A stretch of DNA of 43,999 nt, filler included, from Catajapyx aquilonaris (GCA_000934665.2; 2 parts of 2 records of this genome joined end to end with filler, not necessarily neighbours in it); one strand, 5' to 3'; shown: positions 13,714 to 25,191, counted from the first letter of the whole stretch. Numbers and translations are program-made. Notes: generated by a model from the sequence alone, not told the origin.

Positions 13714-14112
13714 TGTGGCATGCCCTTCGCCTGTTTGGGCCATGCCGCCAGAGGACTGCCCTGTCAAGGGGTGCCCGGTGGGCACTGAGAAGGGAGCCAC
13801 CTGGCGGAGGATTGCGGATGTAGGGTGAGGGTGTGTGAGACTGAGACAAAGGAACAGACCGAGGTGGGCCAGGCTAGGTAGAGATTGTGTGGAGGTGGCC
13901 TCTGCCCGTGGGCTGTGTTCTGAGCGGCCTTGGGCCCCGGTGTTGTACGCGAGTACAGTGTATTAGTGTGGGATATTAAAGGCAGTTTGGAGTGTAACTG
14001 TGCGTCTCCTTTGGGGTGACTGGGGCCAAAAGGGATAGGGGCTAGGCTGGTGCGGTCACTAGGCCTGTAGCTCCAAGTAACGTCCCTCATATAGCCGGGC
14101 AGGTACGCTATA
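13714..14112 (+). repeat. 5' LTR (399 bp)
   Basis: TGTGGCA...CGCTATA, with ATTAAA near 13975. About 14 substitutions and 2 indels relative to the 3' LTR (manual count). Confidence 0.92.
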
Positions 14113-14113
14113 C

Positions 14114-14131
14114 TGGTGCCCAACGTGTGGC
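14114..14131 (+). promoter_or_regulatory. Primer binding site, tRNA-Lys type
   Basis: TGGTGCCCAACGTGTGGC, 1 nt after the LTR. It has 2 mismatches to the tRNA-Lys1,2 PBS TGGCGCCCAACGTGGGGC. Confidence 0.8.
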
Positions 14132-14294
14132 TAATTCCCCGGTTTTTTCTTTGAGCCGGTGCTTTAGCATTAGCACGGACCCCGGGCAGACAGTTGTGAC
14201 TGTTGCCCGTGGCGTGGGTGGAGTCCACCGATTTTGTTAATCGGCAGACTCGTGCTGTAATGTACAGCGGGGTACGGCCAACCTCGGTGGAGGT

Positions 14295-15815
14295 ATGGTG
14301 CGGCCCAGGGATAGGCCCCCAGGAAGCAGCCAGGGTGTCGCGGGGGTGGATGAGCACCCGCCCACTTCTTTTGTGGCGAGGGCGAAGGCCGCGCTTGGGC
14401 TTCCGCCCAACGCGACCTTGGAAGAGGCGATGAAGGCAATTCAGGCCATCAGTGCCGGCTCGACGCAGGCGCAGGGGCCGGCAGGGGTGGCAGGGCATTC
14501 AGTGCAAGTGCCCTTGCCGCACCTGGATGGTAAAAGGAGCGCGCCATTTGTTTCAATGGTGACTCCATTAGCCATGACTCAATGCCCAGCACCATTGAGC
14601 CAAGGCCAGCCACATGGGCAGATGTGGCTGCCACATGCTTCGCTTCCGTTTCCTGCGTTTGACGCAAGCGGATCGAAGTCGCCGGATGAGTTTTTGGGAG
14701 GAACTCGAACGGTTTCAGCACCTTGGTGCATATGCAGATGGGTACATGTTGTCCATGTCATTCCATATGCACTGAAAGGTATAGCAGAGTGCTGGTGGCA
14801 CATAGTGGGGGAAGTGGTGGTAACCATGAGTGCCTTTGTGACTGAATTCCGGAAAATGTTCGAGCCACCGGAATTTTTGTTGCGCGATGAGATGCATCGC
14901 CGCACTCAGGCACTGCATGAGTCACTTCCGGAGTTCATTTTGGCAATGAATGAATATTTCCGGAAGTTGGATCCGTTGGCTCCGGATCAGGTGAAGGTTC
15001 AGTTCGTTTTGAGGCGGATGACAGGGAAGCACTTCACCGACCGCAAAGAGCTTTATGAGATGGCTCGAGAGGCAGAGAGACAAGCGCAATTGATAAAGTT
15101 GCTGGGGTCTCCGCCCACACAGACCAGGTGGTTAATGGATACTGTGTTGGCTCGTCAAGATGCTATGAGCATTGCAGGACTGAATGCTCAGGCATGGCAA
15201 GCGACTGTACCAGGCAGAGGCACTCGTCAGTGCTGGTCAGCTCTGGGCTCAAATGGTGGGTTTGATAACCTGCCTACCCCTGCAGTTGAACTGCAGAAGG
15301 AGGAGGGCCAGCCCGGGGTGCAGCCTGTTGGTGTTCAGGCAGCAGCCCATATAGGGTGGCCAGGGTTGAGCTTGAGCAACCCGCTGTGCAGGCACCGGCA
15401 TGTGACACTCTTGCAGCCATTAAACACGACAGTTTGCCAGGGTCATGTTGGGTCAATGGTGCAGAGTACATGGCCGGAAAGCCAGAAAAGCACACTGGCC
15501 AAGAACCTGTGGAAGGTCAAGGCCTACGGTGGACAGTTGTGGACACTGTTCCGTCCGGTGTCAGAATGCTGGGTCATGAAGGACATGCATTTATGGACAC
15601 CAAAGCGTCAGTTGATGAACTGGACGCGAAAGTACAGGAGTGTAATAGTGGTGAGTCACTTGGTGGTGTACAAGTGGGCATCCACACTATTGCTCCTGCT
15701 CCCATACCCCTCCCTTCCCCACCCTTACTCCCTCGCTCTGCTGGTAGTCGGCACCCTGGTAAGCATGAGAGGTCATGCGGGTGGCCAGTGTACGGAGGCG
15801 AGTGGTCGGTGGTGA
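14295..15815 (+). pseudogene. gag: Retrotransposon Gag (capsid) ORF, probably degenerate
   Basis: FPAFDASGSKSPDEFL...IPYALKGIAECWW...FVTEFRKMFEPP...MHRRTQALHESLPEFILAMNEYFRKL fits the Ty3/gypsy capsid pattern, including an MHR-like Q..ES..EF. The true start and C-terminal frame are uncertain. Confidence 0.75.
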
Positions 15816-16540
15816 GCCCGGTATTGAGGCCAGACTGTGCAGGACGCGTGGCCACGCGTCAGCAGTGCTGGTCAGCTGGGGCCGACATTTCTTCCCCATC
15901 CCTTCCCCCTGCAGTTGACCCCGGTGCGTTGGCGTTGGTCCACTCCTCGCAAGGCGCAGCCAAAACTGCAGATCCTGAATCCCTCCCAACTCCACCCCGA
16001 CCGTGTATAAGTCCGTGTGAGGCCAGTCCTCGACGCCCAGGGGGGCACAGGATGAAGTCGGAAGCAGGTGGAAACCCCCCTCCTCCCAATCCTGATTGTT
16101 GTGGGAACAATCAAGGGGACATTGTTGTGCATTCGCCACCTCTTCAGAGAGGGTGGACGGACCGGGTGCAGTTGACAACAATGCCCCAGCCATGTGATAG
16201 TTTGCTTGAAGCGGCCGTCGTGCTTAGCAGCAACCTTCACGTTGGTGGCGATGGACCTGCTTCTACGGTGATGTCCGTTGAAGGCTTGGGTCAGGTGAAC
16301 CTCGCTGACCGTAGCGCTGGCTGTTGCATTAAGCGTGAATTGGGTGAATTCACTTGCAATTGCAACAAGGGCCAGTTAGCGGAGGTAGTTCGGGAAATAT
16401 CCCTTTTCTCTGGTCCTAGGTTGGCAACAATGGACCCAAGGTCATTTGGGAAATGGCAGAGGTACAGACGGTACTTTCCCAGGTTGGCTCGACGGGGTGT
16501 GAAGTGCATCCCCAGAGAGCTGGTTTGGTTGTTTGGATGA
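15356..16540 (+). pseudogene. Overlapping Pro-rich ORF of the LTR element, with a possible decayed aspartic protease near its end
   Basis: 394-codon ORF. SVEGLGQVNLADRSAGCCI loosely resembles the retropepsin LxDTGA motif, with the catalytic motif altered. Confidence 0.35.
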
Positions 16541-16973
16541 TGTGATTGTGTCACCCAGACACATCAGGAAGTTCCACTACGTCCATTTCTTTAGTGGGTT
16601 AAAACTTCCTGAGCTATATTGTCATTTTGCTTGAAGTGGCATATAGTGGAGTATTGTTGTTCCTTCTGGTGCCTGTTTTAGGGTTAACAGGTACTTGCGG
16701 ATTTTTAAAAAGCGTTGGAACACCCTGGCTTCTGCGTTTCAGGTTAACGCATGAAGCAGCTAGAGGGTGGTAGGTTTTTGATGGTCATGACCCCTCCTTC
16801 TTTTTGTGGCGTTTTGCCTTTTTTGGCCAGTTTTTTTTGGTAATGGGGGGGGGGGTTCCTCTTATTGCTTGAATGAGAGCGTTCTCTGTCCTGAGTTGCT
16901 GGCAATGCACCTGTCGTTGTTGTGTGTTGTGAGCAACTCTTCAGATTGGTTGGACTTTTGATTTTTTTAAAAA

Positions 16974-17126
16974 CCCTGTAATGCCCAAGTGGTCAAATTC
17001 TGTGAATTACTGCCCAGTGTGCCACATATGGGACATGGTGAGCCAGTGGCCACATTTGGCACTTACAGGAAATATAAAAATTGCACTAAATGGTGTGCCA
17101 GATATGACCCAAGGGGCATTACAGGG
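16974..17126. mobile_element. Small piggyBac-like MITE nested in the LTR element
   Basis: TIRs CCCTGTAATGCCC / GGGCATTACAGGG, with TTAA on the right. The left TSD is degenerate. Confidence 0.55.
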
Positions 17127-17200
17127 TTAACAGTGTGATGTTTGGTGTGAATTTTTTTCCGGGAGTGTGCCCATTTGGAGAACTCGCAGATCCCGCCATT

Positions 17201-17314
17201 GCCTTTGGAGACTTTTGAACCCATGTGTAGTGTTTTTTTTTGTGGCGTTACATATCCGGATATGTAACGCCACAAAAAAACACACTAAACATGGGTTCAA
17301 AAGTCTCCAAAGGC
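17201..17314. repeat. 114-bp spacerless palindrome
   Basis: Two 57-bp arms centred on CATATCC|GGATATG, with 2 mismatches. Confidence 0.95.
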
Positions 17315-17975
17315 CTTTTCCTTCCCCTACCCCTCCCTCCCTACGTGATCCTCTTCGGCCTGGTGGTCCGTTTTGTGCTGGATGAAGGACAGTTGCTGCC
17401 TGGTGTGATGGTGGACAGTCAGTGGTGGTGGCCACGCCACGGTGCTTGGGAGGCGACCGTGGAACAGTACTGGACGAGGTGCCCAGTGCACGTGGTGTCT
17501 GCGGCCCTGCAGACTTTGGTGACGTCTGTGGGCCGGCGGTGTGATGCTGGGGGTACCTGGCCATTTGGTGGTGCCAGAAGAGGTACCTGTGCAGGCCTTG
17601 GAGAGGCTGGACTTGGACCGTGGCTCAGGATGAGTGCATGCCGGAGGTGATGCCGGTGCGGTTGCCAGCTGAGGAAGTGCACGTGAATCCACCGTCGACA
17701 TTGGTGCCATGCTTCTCTTCACCAGCCCCTGCAGAAGGTCCTGCAAACCAGCTGACGTGTCCTGGATGATGAATGTTGTTGACCAGCACTTTGGACGAAC
17801 ACTAGTGACCCGCTAGTGACCTTTCCTTCTCCCCTTTCCCTCCCCCACCCCTGTTTCAATGTTAAGATTAATGTTTTCTGAGTTTTGTAGTGATTCTTTT
17901 TTTTCTTTTGCCAATTTGTTTTGAAAGTTTGTTGGTAAGGTACGACCCCCGCCTTTTTCTTAATGAGGGGGGCAC

Positions 17976-18386
17976 TGTGGCATGCCCTTCGCCTGTTTGG
18001 GCCATGCCGCCAGATGACTGCCCTGTCAAGGGGTGCCTGGTGGGCACTGAGAAGGGAGCCACCTGGCGGAGGATTGCGGATGTAGGGTGAGGGTGTGTGA
18101 GACTGAGACAAAGGAACAGACTGAGGTGGGCCAGGCTAGGTAGAGGTTGTGTGGAGGTGGCCTCTGCCCGTGGCCTCTGCCCGTGGGCTGTGTTCTGAGG
18201 GGCCTTGGCCCCGGTGTTGTCCGTGAGTAGAGTGTATTAGTGTTGGATATTAAAGGCAGTTTGGAGTGTAACTGTGCGTCTCCTTTGGGGTGACTGGGGC
18301 CAAAAGGGATAGGGGCTAGGCTGGTGGGGTCACTAGGCCTATAGCTCCAAGTAGCGTGCCTCCTATAGCCGGGCAGGTACGCTATA
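17976..18386 (+). repeat. 3' LTR (411 bp)
   Basis: Copy of the 5' LTR with a 13-bp internal duplication (GTGGCCTCTGCCC) and a 1-bp deletion, preceded by the PPT AATGAGGGGGG. Confidence 0.92.
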
Positions 18387-18458
18387 AATGACGCAGCACT
18401 ATCAGGGCATCCGGGGAATTTAGAACTTAATTACAATTCCCTAGAAAACCCCCAAAGT

Positions 18459-19142
18459 TGTGGTGATGCGCAGGAATAGTCGGAAGAACATAGGTCAAAT
18501 CAGTTTAATTAGCAAATGCAAGTTTATTAACAGTGCACGAAATGCGCTGTTTTAAGGATGGGCAGCTTCCATCTGAGTAAGTCCTGGTCCGTGGTGAGTG
18601 TTCATCCTGCTGTTGTGGATGGTCAGCTAGGATGACCTCGGCTGGCCTCCTTCCTTCTGCCCCAGTCCAATCCTTTTCCTCAGGTTGTCCAGAGCGCCCT
18701 TTTTTTTGGCCATCATCTTCCAGTTGCACGTCACTTTTTCTCACAATCCGCACAATTTGGAGGGATCACAAAAACACCACTCCACTCACGCCTACTACCA
18801 CAGTTCGAGTTAGTTGCTTCACATTAATTTGAAAAGTTAGAGTCCGGTAAATCCGGATCGTCACTATTTCGTGACATGGTCACTTGAGACCCCCGATTCG
18901 ACTGCCCAGCACCAACACCTCATTCTGTCCAGCTCCCCAAAAGGCTCCAAAATTGAAATGAGCCCATTGGCTAATCACAACATCTTACACCCATTATTAG
19001 TGGTCAACTCCAAGACAAAATGTCACGTTCCCCCTGATTGAGCAGCTGGAGAGAATGACGTCGTGCTCAACACTGCTGAAATCACCAAAAAGACCCCTTC
19101 TCAGAAGAGTCCACCACTCCTTCTCCTCCCCCCCCCCCCCCC
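18459..19142 (-). mobile_element. Probable 3' end (PPT plus LTR) of a second, truncated LTR retrotransposon
   Basis: On the minus strand a long purine tract (GnAGGAGAAGG, 19142-19119) precedes AGTGGTG...CACCACA short inverted termini. CCAAT and AATAAA occur inside. No partner LTR is in the window. Confidence 0.4.
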
Positions 19143-19165
19143 NCCATTCTGGTTGAGAACGGTAT

Positions 19166-20025
19166 CACGGAGGCTTGAGTCATCCAAGCACAGTATATGG
19201 AGGGTCCACGAGACCTGTTTTCAACCCGCCCAAAAGTGCTAAGTTCTGAGCCCACCCCTTCCAAGAAAGCCACGGGGGGGAGTGACGTAGACCGTCGGCT
19301 CCACCGACCCTGGACATAGGCAAATGCATGTTATTTGGGTGCATCAGCTCACATTCGATTTTTTATCTGGCGAACAGTGCATCCGACGTTCACAGGTCCC
19401 ACTGCGGAAAAAACTCTCCGTAGTGCGCTCATTGCAACCGTACTCAGCGCGGAATTTTCGGGCCGATATTTTGGCCTTAGGACGGCGTCGAAAAACAACT
19501 TGAAATTCCTTCCTTGCAAAATGAAACTGGTCCTTTTTCTGCCCCGTTCTTACTCTTGGATCTTGAAGAAGGGAAGGATTTCGGATCTAATCTGTGCAGT
19601 AAAGTGACATAATCTGCCCGTAGGTTAAGATAGACTGCGTGTGAATGCAGGTGTATACGCATTGGATGACTCAAAACTCCGTGACTGTACCTACCATATT
19701 AATTCCATGCGCTTAGCATGTGTTTAACAATTACATTGGACCATATGAAATGTGTCCGTTTTGCACAATAATGCTATTTTTAGCACTTTTATTTTACAAT
19801 CTAGGCTAACCGTTGCCACCTTACTTTACTGTTCCTGCCAGATTTTTCATTTTCTCAAGACTTTGACTACTCCATGGTCCCGAATAAAATTATAATCCCG
19901 AATAATATTAATAATAATCATAATAACAATAACAATAATAATAGCGATAATAATCCCGAATAAAATAAATTTGTTATTATATTACATACAATCTACAGAT
20001 TTAACTACTCCATGATCCCGAATAA

Positions 20026-20094
<69 letters not shown>

Positions 20095-20556
20095 CAGGAA
20101 CAATAGTCTAATGACTCCCGACGTATGCATTTCATCACTAACGGATGTTTTGCAGCATGCAATGCAACTGATGAACGGGGCAGAAAAAGGACCAGTTTCA
20201 TTTTGCAAGGAAGGAATTTCAAGTTGTTTTTCGACGCCGTCCTAAGGCCAAAATATCGGCCCGAAAATTCCGCGCTGAGTACGGTTGCAATGAGCGCACT
20301 ACGGAGAGTTTTTTCCGTAGTGGGACCTGTGAACGTCGGATGCACTGTTCGCCAGATAAAAAATCGAATGTGGGCTGATGCACCCAAATAACATGCATTT
20401 GCCTATGTCCCTGGTCGGTGGAGCCGACGGTCTACGTCACTCCCCCCCGTGGCTTTCTTGGAAGGGGCGGGCTCAGAACTTAGCACTTTTGGGCGGGTTG
20501 AAAACAAGTCTCGTGGACCCTCCATATACTGTGCTTGGATGACTCAAAACTCCGTG
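19166..20556. mobile_element. Foldback-type non-autonomous DNA transposon with about 385-bp TIRs
   Basis: Arms at 19166-19549 and 20172-20556 are near-identical inverted copies. Termini are CACGGAG/CTCCGTG with a perfect 8-bp TSD AACGGTAT (19158-19165, 20557-20564). The interior is AT-rich with (AAT)n. Confidence 0.92.
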
Positions 20557-21997
20557 AACGGTATGTCCCGGAGGGGGAAGAAGGAGACGGTGTCGAATTT
20601 GAAGCGAGACTAATCTGCAGACGTTGAAAAGTAAAACTTGTCGGCTCTAGCGTGAAGCAACCAAGCTCAAAGTTATAAGTAACTAACCGGGCGATTTCAG
20701 GACAGTTCATGCAAAATAAAATGGAAAGTTCACCCTCTATTTTTTAATGTTAATGAAATTTGGTACGATAATTCTCCAACAGGAATAGAGCACATATGGG
20801 TGGTTCCATTTCAAATCAGGCCAGATCCAGAAAAGTTGTCAGGGCTTGGTCTCCGATTATTACGGAAAAATTACACGAAGTACCACTGTCGAAATGATGA
20901 CGAATGACACTGGCTATTTTTCAGTGTCATTTTCTATTTGCCCTGAAAAAAAAATCACAACCGCAGGGGTACCAAATCTGCTATTTCTCGAAGTTCATTT
21001 TTTTTCAACTTTGGACGCGTGTACCAATTTTCCTGTTCGTTACAGAAAAACCAAATTTGGAATGGAGCAACTGCCTACCTAGGTCTGAATTTTCGATATA
21101 AAATAATTGCGAATGTATAATTAGCAACCGCGTAAAAAATTGGCAAAAATGCGGTTTTACGACATTTTAGCACTTTTCGCGAATTTTTTTCTTTCCAAAA
21201 AAAAATTTGTGGGCAAATGAAACATGTACACTTTGAGTACAACTCATACCCTCTCTACTTATCAGCTTTGTTAAGCTTTGAAGTCAAAGGTTAACAGTGC
21301 ACCCATTGTTGAACATTGTCAACTTCGCAAAACATGGTTTGGAAGAAAATAATTTTCTCAAAAACACCACGAGATAATTGAACGCCTATTTATCTGGGCA
21401 GAGGAACATCTGAGCCACACACCAGTGCAAATATTTCTCTCCCCCCGAGGCCTATGATCCCTACTCGCTTTGCGAGGTGGGGGGGCTCCGCCCCCCCACA
21501 ACCCCCCTTGGGGCTGCGCCCCAATTGGCGCGCCTTCGGCGCGGTGCCCGTATTCCGCCTAATCCATCCGGTTACAGAAATCAGTGACGTCACCGGTAGC
21601 GATGAGGAGTTTCCGAACTCTCTGACGTATCGTTCAAAACAGCGCTTGGGACGACAGGTGGGACCATCTGTGACGTATCATTCCAACGGTTGGTTTGAGC
21701 TGGGGGTTTGAGCAGGGCCCTGGTTTGAGTGACAAGCGGGTGGAGAGGAGTGGGTGGTCCATTGTTCTCGGGGAACCGGGGGAGTTTGCGGATACATTAA
21801 TTTCGCGATCTCGGGTTTGCGTCTACATTTAATTTGGCGATCTCCAAAACGGCTGGGAATTTTGCGATTATGAGGATTTTTGGAATCGGTATATCGGCGG
21901 CTAGAAATCCAACGACGCAAGTCCGAGGTCTCTACGACGTCGGGAAGTACGAAATCTTTTTCATCCTCCTCCTCGGATTGGGGCTTTATATATATTA

Positions 21998-22097
21998 NNN
22001 NNNNNNNNNNNNNNNNNNNNNNNNNNNNNNNNNNNNNNNNNTTAATTAATTAANNNNNNNNNNNNNNNNNNNNNNNNNNNNNNNNNNNNNNNNNNNN
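21998..22097. other. Artificial contig linker / assembly gap
   Basis: 44 N + TTAATTAATTAA (stops in all six frames) + 44 N, exactly 100 nt. Confidence 0.95.
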
Positions 22098-22107
22098 GGG
22101 GGGTCCG

Positions 22108-22180
22108 GACCTTCGGCCCAGGAAGGGTAAATACTGGACCTTGACCAGGTCCAGTGCTTACCCTTCCTGGGCAGAAGGTC
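22108..22180. repeat. 73-nt hairpin (34-bp stem, 5-nt loop)
   Basis: GACCTTCGGCCCAGGAAGGGTAAATACTGGACCT / AGGTCCAGTGCTTACCCTTCCTGGGCAGAAGGTC, with 3 non-Watson-Crick positions. Confidence 0.85.
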
Positions 22181-22384
22181 ACCTTGTCATAAACTAGTTG
22201 AATACCCCTGGTATATAATGTGTGTTTCTAATTAAGTGTATATATTCAAATCGTGAAAATGGGGTAATGCTTCTGCATGCCTGCTGTGGTTCTTTGCACA
22301 CACATTTACTGTGCCACTGTGCTTTGTGGACACTTTACCTTTTGCTTCATGACACAAGACATGTACTGTATGATCCCAGTGGTT

Positions 22385-22622
22385 AGGTTCGGTTTGGTTT
22401 ATTAGGAAGAAGCCAAAGCAACTATGGCTATCTGGCTGTAAGAAGAGGCAAAGGTGGGACAGATGGAGGGAGAAACGAAGAGGAAAAAGAAGAGAGGAAA
22501 GACTGGTATCTCTCTTAGTCTGTCGCCTATCCCAAAGACCTGTCCGGCTTGGGTGGCCCTACCAGTAGACAAAGCTACAGCCGGCATAGCTCTTGGGGTC
22601 ATGGGAGAAACGCAAATCCCAG
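22385..22622 (-). mobile_element. RTE-head short retroposon, copy 2 (5'-truncated)
   Basis: Reverse-complement match to 8636-8890 and 28044-28318, with an (AAACC)-like tail. Confidence 0.65.
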
Positions 22623-22731
22623 TGGTTACCCAAATATTGCCCATTGTCTCCTCTCAAAGACATATGCTGGAAATCTTTATGATTATTTCTGTAGGAATAA
22701 TTTTATCTTGTCAATTAATCACATTTTTAAC

Positions 22732-22915
22732 CGAAGCAGTAGTGGTGTAGTGGTATGGTGTCCGACTGCTAATCGGGAGGTCCTGGGTTCGAATCCCGGA
22801 GGCCGGGGACCCTGATCATGGTTTTCTGTGGTTTCCCATGGTCACTGCAGGATAATTCCGGGGTCGTTACCGTAATTATAGGCCACAGCCGCTTCCTTCC
22901 TTACCTATCCTTGCC
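22732..22915 (+). mobile_element. tRNA-derived SINE, family A
   Basis: A-box-like TGGTGTAGTGG and B-box GGTTCGAATCC. The body matches 33054-33271. Confidence 0.85.
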
Positions 22916-23744
22916 TCAATTCCGATGAAAAGTATAGTAAAAATGGAAAGAGTTCCAGACAAAAAAAAAATTGGGAGAAATCCCCCCCTAATAAAGCCTA
23001 AAGGGCTGATAATGGGGTATCAATTATTATTATTATTATTATTATTAATCACATTTTTAACAATACATGAAGAAACATCAAGGAAACATTACAGGCTTTG
23101 TCATGAAAATGTATAATGCATATTTTGGTGCAAAAGTTGGTGAACATGATAAATAACGAGCCCCACAACCGAGTGTATTAACTTCGTGTAGAATGACTCC
23201 AAAAGTGACCAGAAGGTAAGAAAAAGCCTTCCCGTCATGGCAGCCGTACAATCTGGAGGAAACCCAGAAATCCTCGTGATGAATGCTACTTTGAAGTAGG
23301 CCTACTATTTTCTACTATGATCAGGATTATGATGAGGACTGTCATGGTGTTTAAGGCAGCAGCACCAATCTTTTTCTCAGCTTATACATAAAATTATTTA
23401 GTCAGACTACTCTTAATGATTCTGCATATTCTTAGACTCTCGGTATCTAGGATATAAGAAAATAGCTTATTCGCTCCTTGTACTTTCTCATGGTTTGGAA
23501 TCAGATGAACAAATTTCATTCGGTACGTTTTTCAAAATTGTAGCCTGCCTTAGTGTTGCAATGTCCTTGAAATAATAAGGAGGTTTGAAATCACAATACG
23601 GACTTGCCAGGGAATGTTGACAATGGTAGGTTTTATACACTAGTAATTTTTATTGTATTTAGTTTATTTATCGATTTTATATATTTTATTTACCTTATTG
23701 AGAGGATATCGTTTTTCCATTTTCGTTTTTTCTAGTTTTTCTTC

Positions 23745-23980
23745 AACTCCATGCAGAAAAGACATTGGGCAGGGATGAAGATTTTTGGGGAGGAGACACG
23801 GGTGCAAGTGCAATGTCTGAAACTGGGTCATGTGCAGTCTCCCTGGAGGTTAGGTTGCCAGACGCCTCCAAGGCATGGGTCAGAGACCCTCCTGACACGG
23901 GTGAAAGGGAACTCCCAGGCGGAGTTCGTACCCGGGACCTCTCGCACAGCAAGCCGAGACTTAACCGTCTCGGCCACCAT
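23745..23980 (-). mobile_element. Degenerate tRNA-derived SINE, another family
   Basis: Minus strand TGGCCGAGACGGTTAAG...GAGGTCCCGGGTACGAACTCC gives A/B-box-like motifs. Confidence 0.55.
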
Positions 23981-24001
23981 ACATACACACACACAGTAAT
24001 A

Positions 24002-24823
24002 CAGTGAAACCTGTGCATTACGGAATCGTACGGGACCCTAATAATTTCCGTAACGGACCGGTTTCTGCTATATTCAGATCAAGGACGTTACTAAATTTTT
24101 TTGTCGGTGAGAAAGAGAATACAATGGCGAGAGAAAAAATAAGCACCTTACCTTCAACATAGTGCAAAATTAGCCCACCACACACTTTTTTTCCGCAAAA
24201 TTCTGTGCCCGTTGCGGAAACTTTCCAGCCACCCATTTGAAACACTAAGTTTTGCCATACCAAGTTTTTGGGCTATTAATTTTGCCTGCTCTTTTGGACC
24301 ACCTGCCCGGACATGAGCAATACGTGGAGCCTTTGTCAACCCCTTCCTCTTCCCCGACATGTTCAAACTGGACTAACAGTGAACTTGAAGGCAGGTCACC
24401 TACGAATCAGTCACAGTCTTCCTGGCCTCCCAAACATGGCACTGTTTTCCAACCAAAAATAGTCCCCTTTCCTCTGGAATATTTTCAAGGCCATTGGCCG
24501 ATAGCAATTAGGAGACACTTATGATGAAAGGATTGTCCAAAAAGGGTTACTCAGAAGCCTCCTGGGCAGGTCAGGAGTGAACCTGGCTGTAGGTTCTATT
24601 TTTGTGACTTGCAGGAGATAATGTGAACCTTTTGATTTCCTTTATGAATGGGAATTTTCTTTGAAGGGAGACAAAAATCCATTCCATTTCTGCGTTGAGC
24701 AGGTTCCATTATATCCGTCAAAAAATACATTGCATGCCCTATGCATATGCCTGTTCCCAGAAAAAATTCCGCAATTGACAGGTTTTCACAATACCCAGAG
24801 TCCGTAATGGGCAAGTTTCACTG
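24002..24823 (-). mobile_element. Tigger/pogo-like transposon deletion derivative
   Basis: TA-flanked TIRs CAGTGAAACCTGTGCATTACGGA / TCCGTAATGGGCAAGTTTCACTG. A CENP-B-type HTH remnant reads GGPKEQAKLIAQKLGMAKLSVSNGWLESFRNGHRI. Confidence 0.88.
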
Positions 24824-24888
24824 TAATAATAATTAAAGTAAACTTTAAAAAATTATTTTAATAATACATTTAACTAGATCATCATCGT

Positions 24889-25139
24889 GGGCGACACGGT
24901 GGCGGAGTGGTTAGCGCCATAGCCTTCCACCTCTAAGGTCCCGAGTTCGATCCCGGGTCGCGCAAAGGATGCTTATGTGGATAGAGTTTCGATGGGTTCT
25001 CTCCATGTTCACGTGGGTTTTCTCGGGGTTCTCCCGTTTCCTCCCGCAATCAAAATCCATCACACGCAGGCAATGATTCAAGACGGTTCACGAAAAGATG
25101 ATCCCCTAAGAGGCCCAAGGGGCCTATCACGGGGTATCC

Positions 25140-25191
<52 letters not shown>
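24889..25191 (+). mobile_element. tRNA-derived SINE, family B (V-domain-like core), full length
   Basis: A-box TGGCGGAGTGG, B-box AGTTCGATCCC, core GTGGGTTTTCTCGGGGTTCTCCCGTTTCCTCCC and a (CATTAT)/(TAT)n tail. TSD of about 17 bp at 24870-24886 / 25192-25208. Confidence 0.88.

Larger units (their letters stand above)
13714..18386 (+). mobile_element. Non-autonomous Ty3/gypsy-type LTR retrotransposon (gag, no recognisable RT/RNase H/integrase)
   Basis: Direct LTRs at 13714-14112 and 17976-18386, 4-bp TSD AATG (13710-13713, 18387-18390), PBS after the 5' LTR, purine tract before the 3' LTR, and a Gag-like ORF. Confidence 0.92.

Noticed and set aside
13403..14498. Antisense ORFs of 148 and 244 aa, including poly-Leu
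   Set aside because: They derive from GC-rich LTR sequence and the (AAT)n microsatellite.
19335..20391. Mirror-image ORFs MGASAHIRFF... on both strands
   Set aside because: They are a by-product of the long TIRs and show no protein motif.
22732..22805. Possible tRNA genes (also 24889 and 33054)
   Set aside because: A/B boxes continue into shared SINE bodies, two copies have TSDs, and no complete cloverleaf is evident.
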